Assembly: GCA_033763905.1 (NCBI GenBank)
Contig: JANRJP010000037.1
Span: 64,001-128,000, forward strand
Direction: 5' to 3'
From: Gemmatimonadaceae bacterium
GTDB lineage: Bacteria; Gemmatimonadota; Gemmatimonadetes; Gemmatimonadales; Gemmatimonadaceae
DNA: 64,000 nt
Below the pieces are notes generated by a model. That model was not told the origin of the DNA, searched no databases, and worked only from the letters and a program-made list of their open reading frames with translations. Shown piece by piece: positions 10,420 through 19,913 of the stretch. Position numbers and translations under genes: made by a program. Each line of letters opens with the position of its first letter. The first letter of the stretch is position 1.

Positions 10420-11006
10420 CCATTGCGGCCATCGTCGGCGCCCAGGTTGCGGCGATGTCGGCGCTCGCGAGCCATCGCGAGCGCGTTCGCGCGATCAAGT
10501 GGGTCGGCCTCGATGTGGACGGTGTGCTGACCGATGCCGGGGTGTACATCGGGGCCGACGGTGTCGAGTTCAAGCGGTTCGACATCCAGGACGGCTACGG
10601 CATCAAGCTCGCGCAGCGCGCGGGCCTCGAGTTCGCGTTCGTCTCGGCGCGCCCGTCGGTCTCCACCGCGTCGCGCGCCAAGGAGCTCGGCGTCACGGTG
10701 GTGCAGACCGGCACCCGACCCAAGCATCTGGTGGTCGAAGAGTTGCTGGCCGCCCGTGGGCTGACCTGGCGCGAAGCCGCCTTCGTCGGTGACGACCTGA
10801 TCGACATTCCGGTGCTGTCGCGTGTGGGCTTGCCCGTCGCGCCCGCGAACGCGGTGGCCGAAGTGCGGGACATCGCGGCGCACGTCTTGGAGGCGCGCGG
10901 CGGTCACGGCGCGGTTCGCGAGTTCATCACCTGGCTGTACACGCAGCGCGGCGAGTGGGACGCGTTGGTCGAGGACGCGGTGCGTCGGCTCGAGGAGGGC
11001 ACGTGA
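10416..11006 (+). CDS. kdsC: KDO 8-phosphate phosphatase (HAD family)
   Basis: LDVDGVLTD, FDIQDG, GDDLID, GGHGAVREF; operon context. Confidence 0.92.
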   Translation: MTIAAIVGAQVAAMSALASHRERVRAIKWVGLDVDGVLTDAGVYIGADGVEFKRFDIQDGYGIKLAQRAGLEFAFVSARPSVSTASRAKELGVTVVQTGTRPKHLVVEELLAARGLTWREAAFVGDDLIDIPVLSRVGLPVAPANAVAEVRDIAAHVLEARGGHGAVREFITWLYTQRGEWDALVEDAVRRLEEGT

Positions 11007-11968
11007 CGCTGGCGTCCCTGCACGTGGAACGCGGGGTGCGCGTCATCGCGCTCGAGCGCGACGCGCTGGCTGACGTGGCCTCGCGACTCGATGACCGCTT
11101 CGCTCGCGCGGTGGAACTCATCGCCGCGGCCTCGGGCCGGGTGATCATCTCGGGCGTGGGCAAGTCCGGCCTGATCGGCCGCAAGATTGCGGCCACGATG
11201 ACGTCGACTGGCACGCCCGCGACGTTCCTGCATCCGACCGACTCGGTGCACGGCGATCTTGGCATCGTTGATCGCGGCGACGTCGCGATCCTGCTGTCGA
11301 AGAGCGGCGAGACCGAGGAGCTCGCGCCGCTCCTCAACGAACTGCAGCGCCTCGGGGTCCCGATCATCGGGATCACCGGCAACGTGCAGAGCACGCTCGG
11401 CCGCCTGGCCACTGTGGCGCTGGACGCCGGCGTCCGTGAGGAAGCCTGCCCGCACGATCTCGCGCCGACCACCAGCACGACGGCCGCGCTCGCCCTTGGC
11501 GATGCGCTCGCCGTCGCGTTGCTCCAGCACAAGGGGTTCCAGCGTGAGGATTTCGCGCGACTGCACCCGGGTGGATCGCTGGGCAAGAAGCTCCTGCTCC
11601 GGGTGCGTGACGTGATGGAGGCGGACCGCTTGCCCGTGCTCGCCGACACGGCGACGGTGCGTGAGGCCTTGGGGCCGCTCGCGTCGCGGCGCGGCATCGT
11701 CTGCGTGTCGTCTGCGGACGGCGCCCTTGCCGGGGTGTTCACCGCGGGTGACCTGACACGCGTGCTCGAGGATGGTGATGCCGCGTTGGCGACCCCACTG
11801 GCGCAGGTGATGACGCGGGGCGGCAAGCGTGCGGCCCCCGATGAGCTCGCGTCCGCGGTCGTCGGTCGGATGGAGCGCCACGGCATCGTGGCAATGCCGG
11901 TCGTCGACGGCGAGCGTCTCGTGGGCGTGGTGCACTTGCACGACCTGCTCCGCGCGGGGGCCGCGTGA
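11003..11968 (+). CDS. kdsD: arabinose-5-phosphate isomerase (KpsF/GutQ; SIS plus CBS domains)
   Basis: GVGKSGLIGRKIAAT, HGDLG, SKSGET, EACPHDLAPTTST, HPGGSLG; GTGA overlap. Confidence 0.93.
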   Translation: MTLASLHVERGVRVIALERDALADVASRLDDRFARAVELIAAASGRVIISGVGKSGLIGRKIAATMTSTGTPATFLHPTDSVHGDLGIVDRGDVAILLSKSGETEELAPLLNELQRLGVPIIGITGNVQSTLGRLATVALDAGVREEACPHDLAPTTSTTAALALGDALAVALLQHKGFQREDFARLHPGGSLGKKLLLRVRDVMEADRLPVLADTATVREALGPLASRRGIVCVSSADGALAGVFTAGDLTRVLEDGDAALATPLAQVMTRGGKRAAPDELASAVVGRMERHGIVAMPVVDGERLVGVVHLHDLLRAGAA

Positions 11969-12618
11969 GCGAGCGCCGGATGGCCCCCGCCGTACGTCGC
12001 GCATCGTGGCCACGGGCCGCCGCGCTCGTCGCCGCGGCAGCGCTGGCGGCCTGCCAGTCGGACAAGGTGTCGCCGATGGCCGTGCGCGGGACGATGGCCG
12101 ACTCGGCGGATCAAGTGATGTTCGGCGTGCGAACACTGGTGACGGCCGACGGCGTGATGCAGGCGGAACTCTTCGCCGACACCGCCTATGTGTTCGACGA
12201 CAACACGCGCTACGAACTGCGCGGCGTGAAGACGTTCTTTCATACCGCTCTCGGGCAGCGCAACACCGAGCTCACCTCGCGCGCCGGCACCTACGACACG
12301 CGTCGTGGGACGATGGAGGCGCGCGAGAACGTGCTGGTCGTCTCGGTGGACGGTCGTCGACTCCGCACCGAGCAGCTCACGTATATGCAGTCGCGCAACG
12401 AGATCGGGAGCGACTCGGCCTTCGTCATGACCGAGCCGAGCGGCCGTCGATTGGAAGGCGTGGGGTTCAACTCCGACCCCGATATGCGCAACGTCCGCGT
12501 GCTCAAGGCGGCGCGTGGCACGGCGGGCGTCGTCGAAGACCCGGCATCGGGCAAGTCCGGCACGCCCGCGCGACCGCGCGGTAGCACGTTCACGCTGCCG
12601 CGGAGCTCGCCGCCGTGA
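11965..12618 (+). CDS. lptC: LPS export ABC transporter periplasmic protein LptC (lipoprotein-like)
   Basis: Position between kdsD and lptA/lptB; LAAC lipobox; LRTEQLTY and LEGVGFNSD beta-jellyroll pattern. Confidence 0.8.
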   Translation: MSERRMAPAVRRASWPRAAALVAAAALAACQSDKVSPMAVRGTMADSADQVMFGVRTLVTADGVMQAELFADTAYVFDDNTRYELRGVKTFFHTALGQRNTELTSRAGTYDTRRGTMEARENVLVVSVDGRRLRTEQLTYMQSRNEIGSDSAFVMTEPSGRRLEGVGFNSDPDMRNVRVLKAARGTAGVVEDPASGKSGTPARPRGSTFTLPRSSPP

Positions 12619-14066
12619 GGCCGCGTCACCTCGGCGTCGTCACCGCGCTCGTGGGGCTCGCGCTCGGCGTGCCAGTCAGCGCCGGCGCGCAGGTGCCCGG
12701 CGGGCGCTGCGTGATGGTGTTCGACAACACCCCGACCACCCGACTGACGTCGGTGATGACGGCCTCGCGCCGATACAACTCGTTCATCGGTGGCGGCGTG
12801 TTCGGCCGGTGTCAGGGGCAGGACGTCACGATCAAGTCGGACTCGGCCGAGTTCTACGAAGACTCCAACGTGCTCTATCTGATCGGCGCCGTCCGCTATC
12901 GTGAGCCGCGCGCCAATCTCGACGCGCGACGCCTGACGTACTATCTGAACGACGAGCGGCTCTTCGCCGAGGGGGACGTGTTCGTCACCCTGCCGAGCGG
13001 CACCACGATGAAGGGACCGGTGATGGACTACTTCCGCGCGGTCCCCGGCATTCGCAAGGAATCGCGGATGAACGCCCCACTCCGGAGTCGCACGCAGTTG
13101 GTGCAGCGCGACACGGCGAAGGCGCGCGTGGCGCAGCGGCGCGGTGCCAGTCGCGACTCGGTGCCCGCCGACACGGTGATCGTCAACGCCGACCGCACCA
13201 CCTCGGTGAACGACTCGCTGGTCTATCTCGGTGGCAAGGTCGAGATCGACCGCACCGATCTCAAGGCCACGTCGGACTCCGCCTTCCTCGATGCCGGCCG
13301 CGAGTTCGCCCAGCTGATCCGCCGCGCCACGGTGAAGGGCACGGGCGACCGAGGGTACACCCTCGACAGCCAGATCATCGATCTGTTCTCGACCGATCGG
13401 GCACTGCGACGGGTGGTCGCCAAGGGCAATGGTCACGCCGTGTCGAAGGAGATGGATCTCAAGTCCGACACGATCTTCCTGGACGTGGATTCGAGCCGCA
13501 TCGAACGTGCGCGCGCTTGGGGACCCACGCGGGCGATCGCGGATTCACCGGAGCGGAGGATTCTCGCGGATTCGCTCGATGTCCGAATGCCGCGCCAACA
13601 GGTGCGGCTCGTGTATGCCCACGGCAAGGCCTTCGCCGAGATGCGCCCCGACACCGTCAAGCTCCGCTCCGACGAGCGTGACTGGGTCCGCGGCGACACG
13701 ATCGTCGCGCGATTCGATTCGCTGGCGACATCGGACACGGCGCGCCAACCACGACTGCGGGAGATGGTCGCGACTGGTAACGCCAGTTCGTTCTATCAGG
13801 TCGCGTCCCGCGAGGGGCCGACCGCAGGCCCGGCGATGAACTACGTTCGCGGTCGCGTGATCACCGTGGAGATGGATTCCGCTGCCGTCCGCCAGGTGAC
13901 GGTGTTGGAACAGGCCATTGGGTTGTACCTCGAACCCGACAGCACCGCGGTGGCGAAGCCGCTCGATGGACCGGCCACCAAGGGTGGCAACGACGCCCCG
14001 CGTCGGCCTCGCCCTGGGGCGGGCGGCCGTCCGACCACTGGCGCCGCGCGTCCGGAGCGCGAATGA
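12615..14066 (+). CDS. extended LptA/OstA-like periplasmic protein
   Basis: Signal peptide; repeated SDS/ADS/GDTI beta-jellyroll motifs; lies between lptC and lptB. Confidence 0.7.
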   Translation: MRPRHLGVVTALVGLALGVPVSAGAQVPGGRCVMVFDNTPTTRLTSVMTASRRYNSFIGGGVFGRCQGQDVTIKSDSAEFYEDSNVLYLIGAVRYREPRANLDARRLTYYLNDERLFAEGDVFVTLPSGTTMKGPVMDYFRAVPGIRKESRMNAPLRSRTQLVQRDTAKARVAQRRGASRDSVPADTVIVNADRTTSVNDSLVYLGGKVEIDRTDLKATSDSAFLDAGREFAQLIRRATVKGTGDRGYTLDSQIIDLFSTDRALRRVVAKGNGHAVSKEMDLKSDTIFLDVDSSRIERARAWGPTRAIADSPERRILADSLDVRMPRQQVRLVYAHGKAFAEMRPDTVKLRSDERDWVRGDTIVARFDSLATSDTARQPRLREMVATGNASSFYQVASREGPTAGPAMNYVRGRVITVEMDSAAVRQVTVLEQAIGLYLEPDSTAVAKPLDGPATKGGNDAPRRPRPGAGGRPTTGAARPERE

Positions 14067-15322
14067 GCATTCCCGCGTTTCTGCCCTCGTCGATCCGTAC
14101 GGCACTGGCCGAGCGTGCCGTCGACGACCGGTCGACGGCGCTGGCGCTGGCCGCGGTCGTGGCGGCGGCCGATGCCGAGGGGCGGGCGCCGTTGCACGAC
14201 GTGGCCGTGGCCTTCCGCGACGCGTGGCTGCACGCGATGCGCCTCGACGGTGCCGACGACGAACGCGAGCGCGGCCGTCTGTCGCTCGATGAGATTCGCG
14301 GTCATCTCTCGACGAGCGACTTGCCGCGACTCGAGGCGACGGCGGTGCTGGTCCCGTCGGGCGATCCCGACCTGGTGCGCGTCAGCCCGGTCCTCTGGCC
14401 GCTGGTGTCGGCCGACCGTGATGCGATGCGTGAGGCGTGGTTGAACCCCACGATGTCGGCGAGTGTGCCCACGCCCGCCCACGCGGTGCCGGTGATTGCG
14501 GAAGGGAGTGCGCTCGCCAGTGGCGCGGCCGAGGCGCCAGTCCAGAGGACGGGCAGCGTGCTCACCGCCACCGGACTGGTGAAGGTGTATCGCCGGCGTC
14601 GCGTGGTGAATGGCGTCGACATCACCGTGCGGCAGGGCGAGATCGTCGGCCTGCTGGGCCCCAATGGGGCGGGCAAGACGACGTCCTTCTACCAGATCGT
14701 CGGCCTGATTGCGCCGGACGAAGGCACGGTGCAGCTCGACGGTGAGGACATCACGCAGATGCCGATGTACCAGCGCGCGCGGCGCGGGATCGGCTACCTG
14801 TCGCAGGAACCGTCCATCTTCCGCAAGCTGACGGTCGAAGAGAACATCCTCGCGATCCTTGAGACCTTGCCCCTCAAGCCGGCCGAACGGGCGGCACGAC
14901 TCGATGCGCTGCTCGACGATCTCAAGATCCGGCACCTGCGGAAGAGCAAGGCGTTCGCGCTCTCTGGCGGCGAGCGCCGTCGGCTCGAGATCACCAGGGC
15001 GCTGGTGACCGATCCGAAGTTCATGATGCTCGACGAGCCCTTCGCGGGCGTCGATCCGATCGCCGTGCACGACATCCAGCAGATCGTCGCCAATCTGCGG
15101 CACCGCGGCATCGGCGTGGTCATTTCCGACCACAACGTCGAACAGACGCTCGACATCGTGGATCGGGCGTACATCATGTTCGACGGACAGGTGAAGGTGT
15201 CGGGGACGGTCAAGGAGCTGGTCTTTGACGACACCGTCGCGCGCATCTACCTTGGGCCCACACTGACCGCGCGCCTGCGGCAACGCTTCGCCGAGCGTGA
15301 ACAGACCGAGGTCGTGGCGTGA
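14063..15322 (+). CDS. lptB: LPS export ABC ATPase LptB with ~165-aa N-terminal extension
   Basis: [52 protein letters not shown]; directly upstream of rpoN. Canonical core begins at ~14558. Confidence 0.93.
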   Translation: MSIPAFLPSSIRTALAERAVDDRSTALALAAVVAAADAEGRAPLHDVAVAFRDAWLHAMRLDGADDERERGRLSLDEIRGHLSTSDLPRLEATAVLVPSGDPDLVRVSPVLWPLVSADRDAMREAWLNPTMSASVPTPAHAVPVIAEGSALASGAAEAPVQRTGSVLTATGLVKVYRRRRVVNGVDITVRQGEIVGLLGPNGAGKTTSFYQIVGLIAPDEGTVQLDGEDITQMPMYQRARRGIGYLSQEPSIFRKLTVEENILAILETLPLKPAERAARLDALLDDLKIRHLRKSKAFALSGGERRRLEITRALVTDPKFMMLDEPFAGVDPIAVHDIQQIVANLRHRGIGVVISDHNVEQTLDIVDRAYIMFDGQVKVSGTVKELVFDDTVARIYLGPTLTARLRQRFAEREQTEVVA

Positions 15323-16833
15323 AGCAGGGCTTCGGACAGCACCTCGGGATGCGCCAGGAGATGCGGATCAATCCGCGTCTCTATCAGGCGATGGATCTGC
15401 TGTATATGCCGCTCCTGGAGCTGCAGCAGCATCTCAAGACCGAACTCGAGGTCAATCCGTTTCTCGAGCTGATCGAGCCCGAGGAAGACGAGGCGGAAGC
15501 GGACGAGGAACTCGCGGCCGAGGAACCGGTGCTCGCCGCCGACACGACCGAGGCGCCGCCCTCCTCGGACGCCATCGGCGATGCGCCCGACACCGGCGAG
15601 CAGACCGACTGGGACGAGTACCTCAACGCCGGCGACGAAGACGGCGGCGTGCGCGAGGAGCGAGAAGAGCGCGAGTGGCTCGAACCCGTGTCGGTGGCCG
15701 GGAAGGGCTTGGGCGACCATCTCGCCGAGCAAATCGCGTTACTCGAGCTCAGTGACCGCGAACGGAATCTGGCCGAAGAGTTCATCGGCGACATCGGCGA
15801 CGACGGATACCTGGTCGTGCCGGTCGCGGACATCATCGCCGGCGTCAACCGTCGCATTCGCGAGGCGCTGGAAGCGGCCGGGCTCGGCCTCGAAGCGGAG
15901 GATGCGCCGTACTACACGGAAGCCGAAGGCGAGCGGATGCTGGCCGTGGTGCAGGGGCTAGATCCGGCCGGCGTGGGCGCACGGGATCTGCGGGAGTGTC
16001 TGCTGCTCCAACTCACCGACCAGGGACGCGGGGACACGCTGGCCGCGCAGTTGGTCCGTGACGGCTTCGACGATCTCGTGGCGCGCCGGTGGAGCGAACT
16101 GGCCCGTCGCACGGGTCGCACCCCGACCGAGTTGCAGAGTGCCGCGGATGAACTCGCCAAGCTCGACCCGAAGCCCGGGTTGCGCTTCTCGGCTGGCCGC
16201 GAGGATTACATCATCCCCGACTTGATCGTCGAGAAGATCGGCAGTGAGTACCGGGTCTCGCTCAACGACGCCGGCACGCCGCGCCTTCGCATCAGCCGGA
16301 CTTATCAGGATCTGGCGCGCGACAAGAAGAAGTTCGACGCCGAGAGCCGCGAGTTCGTCGCGACCAAGCTCAACGCCGCGCAGTGGATGGTGCAGGCGAT
16401 CGAGCAGCGGCGACAGACGATGCTCAAGGTGATGACGTACATCGTCGACCGGCAGCGCGACTTCTTCGAGAAGGGCGTGCAGGGCCTCAAGCCGCTCACC
16501 TTGCGCGAAGTCGCCGATGTGATCGGGATGCACGAGTCCACGGTCAGTCGCGTCACCAACGAGAAGTTCGCGCAGACGCCGCGCGGCGTGCTGCCCCTCA
16601 AGTTCTTCTTCTCGTCCGGTCTGTCGACGAGCGACGGGGAAGATGTGTCGGCACGCGCGATCAAGGACTCCCTGCAGAAGCTCGTGGCCGGCGAAGACCC
16701 GAAGAAGCCCTACACCGATCAGGAGATCGTGCTCAAGCTCAAGGCCGACGGCGTCGACATCGCCCGACGGACCGTGGCGAAGTATCGCGATCAGCTCGGC
16801 ATTCTGCCGGCGAGGATGCGCAAGCGTGTGTGA
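15319..16833 (+). CDS. rpoN: RNA polymerase sigma-54 factor
   Basis: [39 protein letters not shown], RpoN box ARRTVAKYR. Confidence 0.98.
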   Translation: MKQGFGQHLGMRQEMRINPRLYQAMDLLYMPLLELQQHLKTELEVNPFLELIEPEEDEAEADEELAAEEPVLAADTTEAPPSSDAIGDAPDTGEQTDWDEYLNAGDEDGGVREEREEREWLEPVSVAGKGLGDHLAEQIALLELSDRERNLAEEFIGDIGDDGYLVVPVADIIAGVNRRIREALEAAGLGLEAEDAPYYTEAEGERMLAVVQGLDPAGVGARDLRECLLLQLTDQGRGDTLAAQLVRDGFDDLVARRWSELARRTGRTPTELQSAADELAKLDPKPGLRFSAGREDYIIPDLIVEKIGSEYRVSLNDAGTPRLRISRTYQDLARDKKKFDAESREFVATKLNAAQWMVQAIEQRRQTMLKVMTYIVDRQRDFFEKGVQGLKPLTLREVADVIGMHESTVSRVTNEKFAQTPRGVLPLKFFFSSGLSTSDGEDVSARAIKDSLQKLVAGEDPKKPYTDQEIVLKLKADGVDIARRTVAKYRDQLGILPARMRKRV

Positions 16834-17758
16834 TGTGAGTGTCCTCGTTCCGGCGAAGGACGAAGCCGAGAACCTCCCCGAGTTCCTCCGGCAGTGCGCC
16901 GAGGCCTTCGCGACGCATCCCGAAGCGACGTATGAGGTCGTGGTCATCGACGACGGGTCGCGTGACGGCTCGTGGCCGCTGTTGCAGGAGCTGGGTGGGC
17001 AGTACCCGTTCCTCAAGGCGGTGCGGCATCGCGCCCAGCGCGGCATCGCCGAAGCGCTGCGGACGGGCTGGCTGGCGAGCCGAGGCCCGGTGCTGGTGTT
17101 CTACCCCGCCGACCTGCAGTTCAAGCCGATCGACATCCCCCGGCTCGTGCGCCCGATTCTCGCGGGTGAGTCCGATATGGTCACCGGCCAGAAGCAGGGG
17201 GTGTACGAGAAGGCGTTCGTCTCGGGCATCTACAATCGGCTGTCGCGCTCACTGTTCCGCGTGCCGGTCAAGGATCTCAATTCGGTGAAGGCCTATCGCC
17301 GCGAAGTGATGGACCTGGTGCCGACACGTCCGGATTGGCACCGGTATCTCATCGTGATCGCGGCCGCCGAAGGATTCACCGTCACCGAGATCCCGGTGGC
17401 GCTCTACCCGCGCACTGCGGGCAAGTCCAAGTTCGGCCTGTCGCGCATTCCGATCGGCGTGATCGATCTGCTCGCGGTCTGGTTCGAACTGCGCTTCGGG
17501 CGCAAGCCACTGCTGCTGTTCGGGATGCTCGGTGCCGCGATGTTCGCGATCGGCGTGCTCTCGGGACTCGTCGCGCTGCTGGTCCTAGCGACTACGGGCA
17601 TCGGACTCCGCGCCGTGTGGACGGTGATCCAGACCTGTCTGGTGCTCGGCTCGATCTTCTTCTCGACCGGCCTGCTCGGCGAGCAGATCGCCGGCAATCG
17701 CGCGGAGCTGCGCGAGTTGCGCCGACGGCTCGAAGAGACGGCCGGCGAGCGTCGCTGA
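16826..17758 (+). CDS. glycosyltransferase family 2 with C-terminal TM pair (ArnC/GtrB/CsbB-like)
   Basis: SVLVPAKDEAENL, IDDGSRDGS, ADLQ, two C-terminal hydrophobic helices. Start GTG at 16826 or 16835. Confidence 0.85.
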   Translation: MCDVSVLVPAKDEAENLPEFLRQCAEAFATHPEATYEVVVIDDGSRDGSWPLLQELGGQYPFLKAVRHRAQRGIAEALRTGWLASRGPVLVFYPADLQFKPIDIPRLVRPILAGESDMVTGQKQGVYEKAFVSGIYNRLSRSLFRVPVKDLNSVKAYRREVMDLVPTRPDWHRYLIVIAAAEGFTVTEIPVALYPRTAGKSKFGLSRIPIGVIDLLAVWFELRFGRKPLLLFGMLGAAMFAIGVLSGLVALLVLATTGIGLRAVWTVIQTCLVLGSIFFSTGLLGEQIAGNRAELRELRRRLEETAGERR

Positions 17759-17768
17759 GCGGGGCAGG

Positions 17769-18953
17769 GTGCGAATCCTTCTCGTTGCCCACGGATTTCC
17801 CCGCGGGTCAGATGACCTCGCCGGTGCCTTCCTGCTCGATCTCGCGCGCGGGCAGCAGGCCTTGGGCCACCAGCTCGCCGCCGTCGTACCGCACGATCGC
17901 GGGCTCCCGCTCGTGGACACCTTGGAGGGTGTCGAGGTGCGACGATTCCGCTACGGTGCCGACGAGGACGAGACCCTCGCGTACCGTGGCACGATGGCTG
18001 AGCAAGTCCTGCGATCGTGGACCGCGCGATGGCGTTTCGTGCGGTTCCTTGCGGCAATGCGTACCGAGGTGCGGCGCGCCGTTCGCGAATGGCGTCCCGA
18101 TGTCGTGCACGTGCATTGGTGGTTTCCCGGCGGACTGGCGATCTGGCCCGGCCGGCCACGCGTGCCCCTCGTGATCACCTCGCACGGCACCGATTTGTTC
18201 CTGGCCGATCGCTCCGGGCCGCTCCGAGCCTTGGCGTCGCGGATTCTGCCGTCGGCGGACGCGGTGACGGTCATTTCGTCGCCACTGGCCGAGCGCGCGG
18301 AGCGCCTGGGCGTGCCGCGGGACCGCGTGACCGTGGTGCCGATGCCGATGCGCGCGCCGACGCCGAGCGAGGGCGACGCGCCGGCACGGGTGGCGGGCCG
18401 CGTGCTCTTCCTTGGCCGACTCATCGCCAGAAAGGGCGCCGCGATCGCGATCGACGCGATGCCCGCACTTCGCGCGCAGGTGCCTGGCGCCACGCTCCGC
18501 ATCGTCGGCGATGGCCCCGAACGCGCGGCGCTCGAGGCGCAGGTGCAGCGACTCGGCCTCGCGGAGGCGGTCAGCTTCACGGGGGCCGTGGCGCCGAGCG
18601 AGGTGGCGGCGGAGTACGCGCAGGCGTCGGCTTTCGTGATGCCCGCGATCACCGACTGGAAGGGTGAACAGGAAGGGTTTGGCCTCGTATTGGTGGAGGC
18701 GATGCGCGCCGGCGTGCCCGTCGTCGCGTCGCGGTCCGGCGGCATTCCGGACATCATCGCCGACGGGGCCAACGGCCGCTTGGTGCCTGAGGGCGACGCC
18801 CTCGCGTTGGCCGCGGCGCTGGCCGACACCCTGCGCGATCCCGTGACGGCGCAGGCGCTGGCGGCGCGTGGCGCGCAGGATGTCGCGACGCGCTTCGCGC
18901 CCGCGACCATCGCACAGGTGTTCGATACCGTGTATCGACGAGCGGTGGCCTGA
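17769..18953 (+). CDS. glycosyltransferase family 4
   Basis: HVHWWFPGG, SHGTD, GRLIARKG, EGFGLVLVEAM, SGGIPDII. Confidence 0.9.
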   Translation: MRILLVAHGFPRGSDDLAGAFLLDLARGQQALGHQLAAVVPHDRGLPLVDTLEGVEVRRFRYGADEDETLAYRGTMAEQVLRSWTARWRFVRFLAAMRTEVRRAVREWRPDVVHVHWWFPGGLAIWPGRPRVPLVITSHGTDLFLADRSGPLRALASRILPSADAVTVISSPLAERAERLGVPRDRVTVVPMPMRAPTPSEGDAPARVAGRVLFLGRLIARKGAAIAIDAMPALRAQVPGATLRIVGDGPERAALEAQVQRLGLAEAVSFTGAVAPSEVAAEYAQASAFVMPAITDWKGEQEGFGLVLVEAMRAGVPVVASRSGGIPDIIADGANGRLVPEGDALALAAALADTLRDPVTAQALAARGAQDVATRFAPATIAQVFDTVYRRAVA

Positions 18954-19912
18954 TGGGAGCCGCCGCGCGTACCCGCAAGCCGTGGATGATCGCGGCCCAG
19001 CTCGCGGCCTTCGGGCTCGTGTTGTGGTTCCTTGGCCGGCAGGCGCAGCAGCACTGGGGGGCGATTCGCACGTTGCACGTCACGGTCGCGTGGGGCCCGC
19101 TGCTACTGGCCTCCGCGCTCACCACCGCGATGTACCTGATGCTCGTCGCGACGTGGCAGCACTCGATCGGCTGGTGGGGGCCGACCTTCACCTGGCGTGA
19201 TGCGGCGCGGATCTGGTTCGCGAGCAATCTCGCTCGCTTTGTTCCCGGCGGCGTGTGGCAGTTTGCCGGCATCGCCGCGATGTCGGCGAAGCGCGGCGTG
19301 TCGGCTGTCGCCGCGAATGGCGCCGCCATCCTGCAGCAGGTGGTGATCATCGTCTCCGGGCTGGCGCTGACCCTGTTCACTTCGCCGGAGCTCCTTGGGC
19401 CAACCGTGCAGCAGTACATCCCGAGCGGACTGGCCCCGGCGGTGGGGACCTCGGTACTCCTCGGCTTCGTGTATCTGTTTCCACGCTCGGCGTCCGCACT
19501 GGCCGCGCGCGCCGAGCGGGTCGCCGGTGGACCGGTCCGGTGGCCGGCGCCGCCCGTGCGTCAGTTCGCCGTGCACGCGGGGCTGATGCTGGTGATGTGG
19601 TTAGTTTACGGCGTGGCGTTCTGGCTGTTCGGTCGCGCGCTGTTCGGCGCCGAAGGGCCTGAGATCGGCCCCTCGATCGCGATCTACACAGCGGCCTACG
19701 TGGCCGGGATCGTGGCCGTGGTGGCCCCCGCGGGATTCGGCGTGCGTGAGGCAGCGTTGACCGCCGCGCTCACGCCGGTGATCGGCGGGGAGAAGGCCCT
19801 AGTGATGGCGCTGGCCTCGCGCGTTTGGCTCTTTGCGGTGGAGCTCGTCACGGCGGCGATCGTGCTGCTGTTCGTGCGACCGACACCCCCTGTTCCACCT
19901 TCGGATTCCTGA
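18953..19912 (+). CDS. lysylphosphatidylglycerol-synthase TM-region / flippase-like membrane protein
   Basis: SNLARFVPGGVW and PAGFGVREAA motifs; about 8 TM segments. Confidence 0.75.
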   Translation: MGAAARTRKPWMIAAQLAAFGLVLWFLGRQAQQHWGAIRTLHVTVAWGPLLLASALTTAMYLMLVATWQHSIGWWGPTFTWRDAARIWFASNLARFVPGGVWQFAGIAAMSAKRGVSAVAANGAAILQQVVIIVSGLALTLFTSPELLGPTVQQYIPSGLAPAVGTSVLLGFVYLFPRSASALAARAERVAGGPVRWPAPPVRQFAVHAGLMLVMWLVYGVAFWLFGRALFGAEGPEIGPSIAIYTAAYVAGIVAVVAPAGFGVREAALTAALTPVIGGEKALVMALASRVWLFAVELVTAAIVLLFVRPTPPVPPSDS

Positions 19913-19913
19913 C

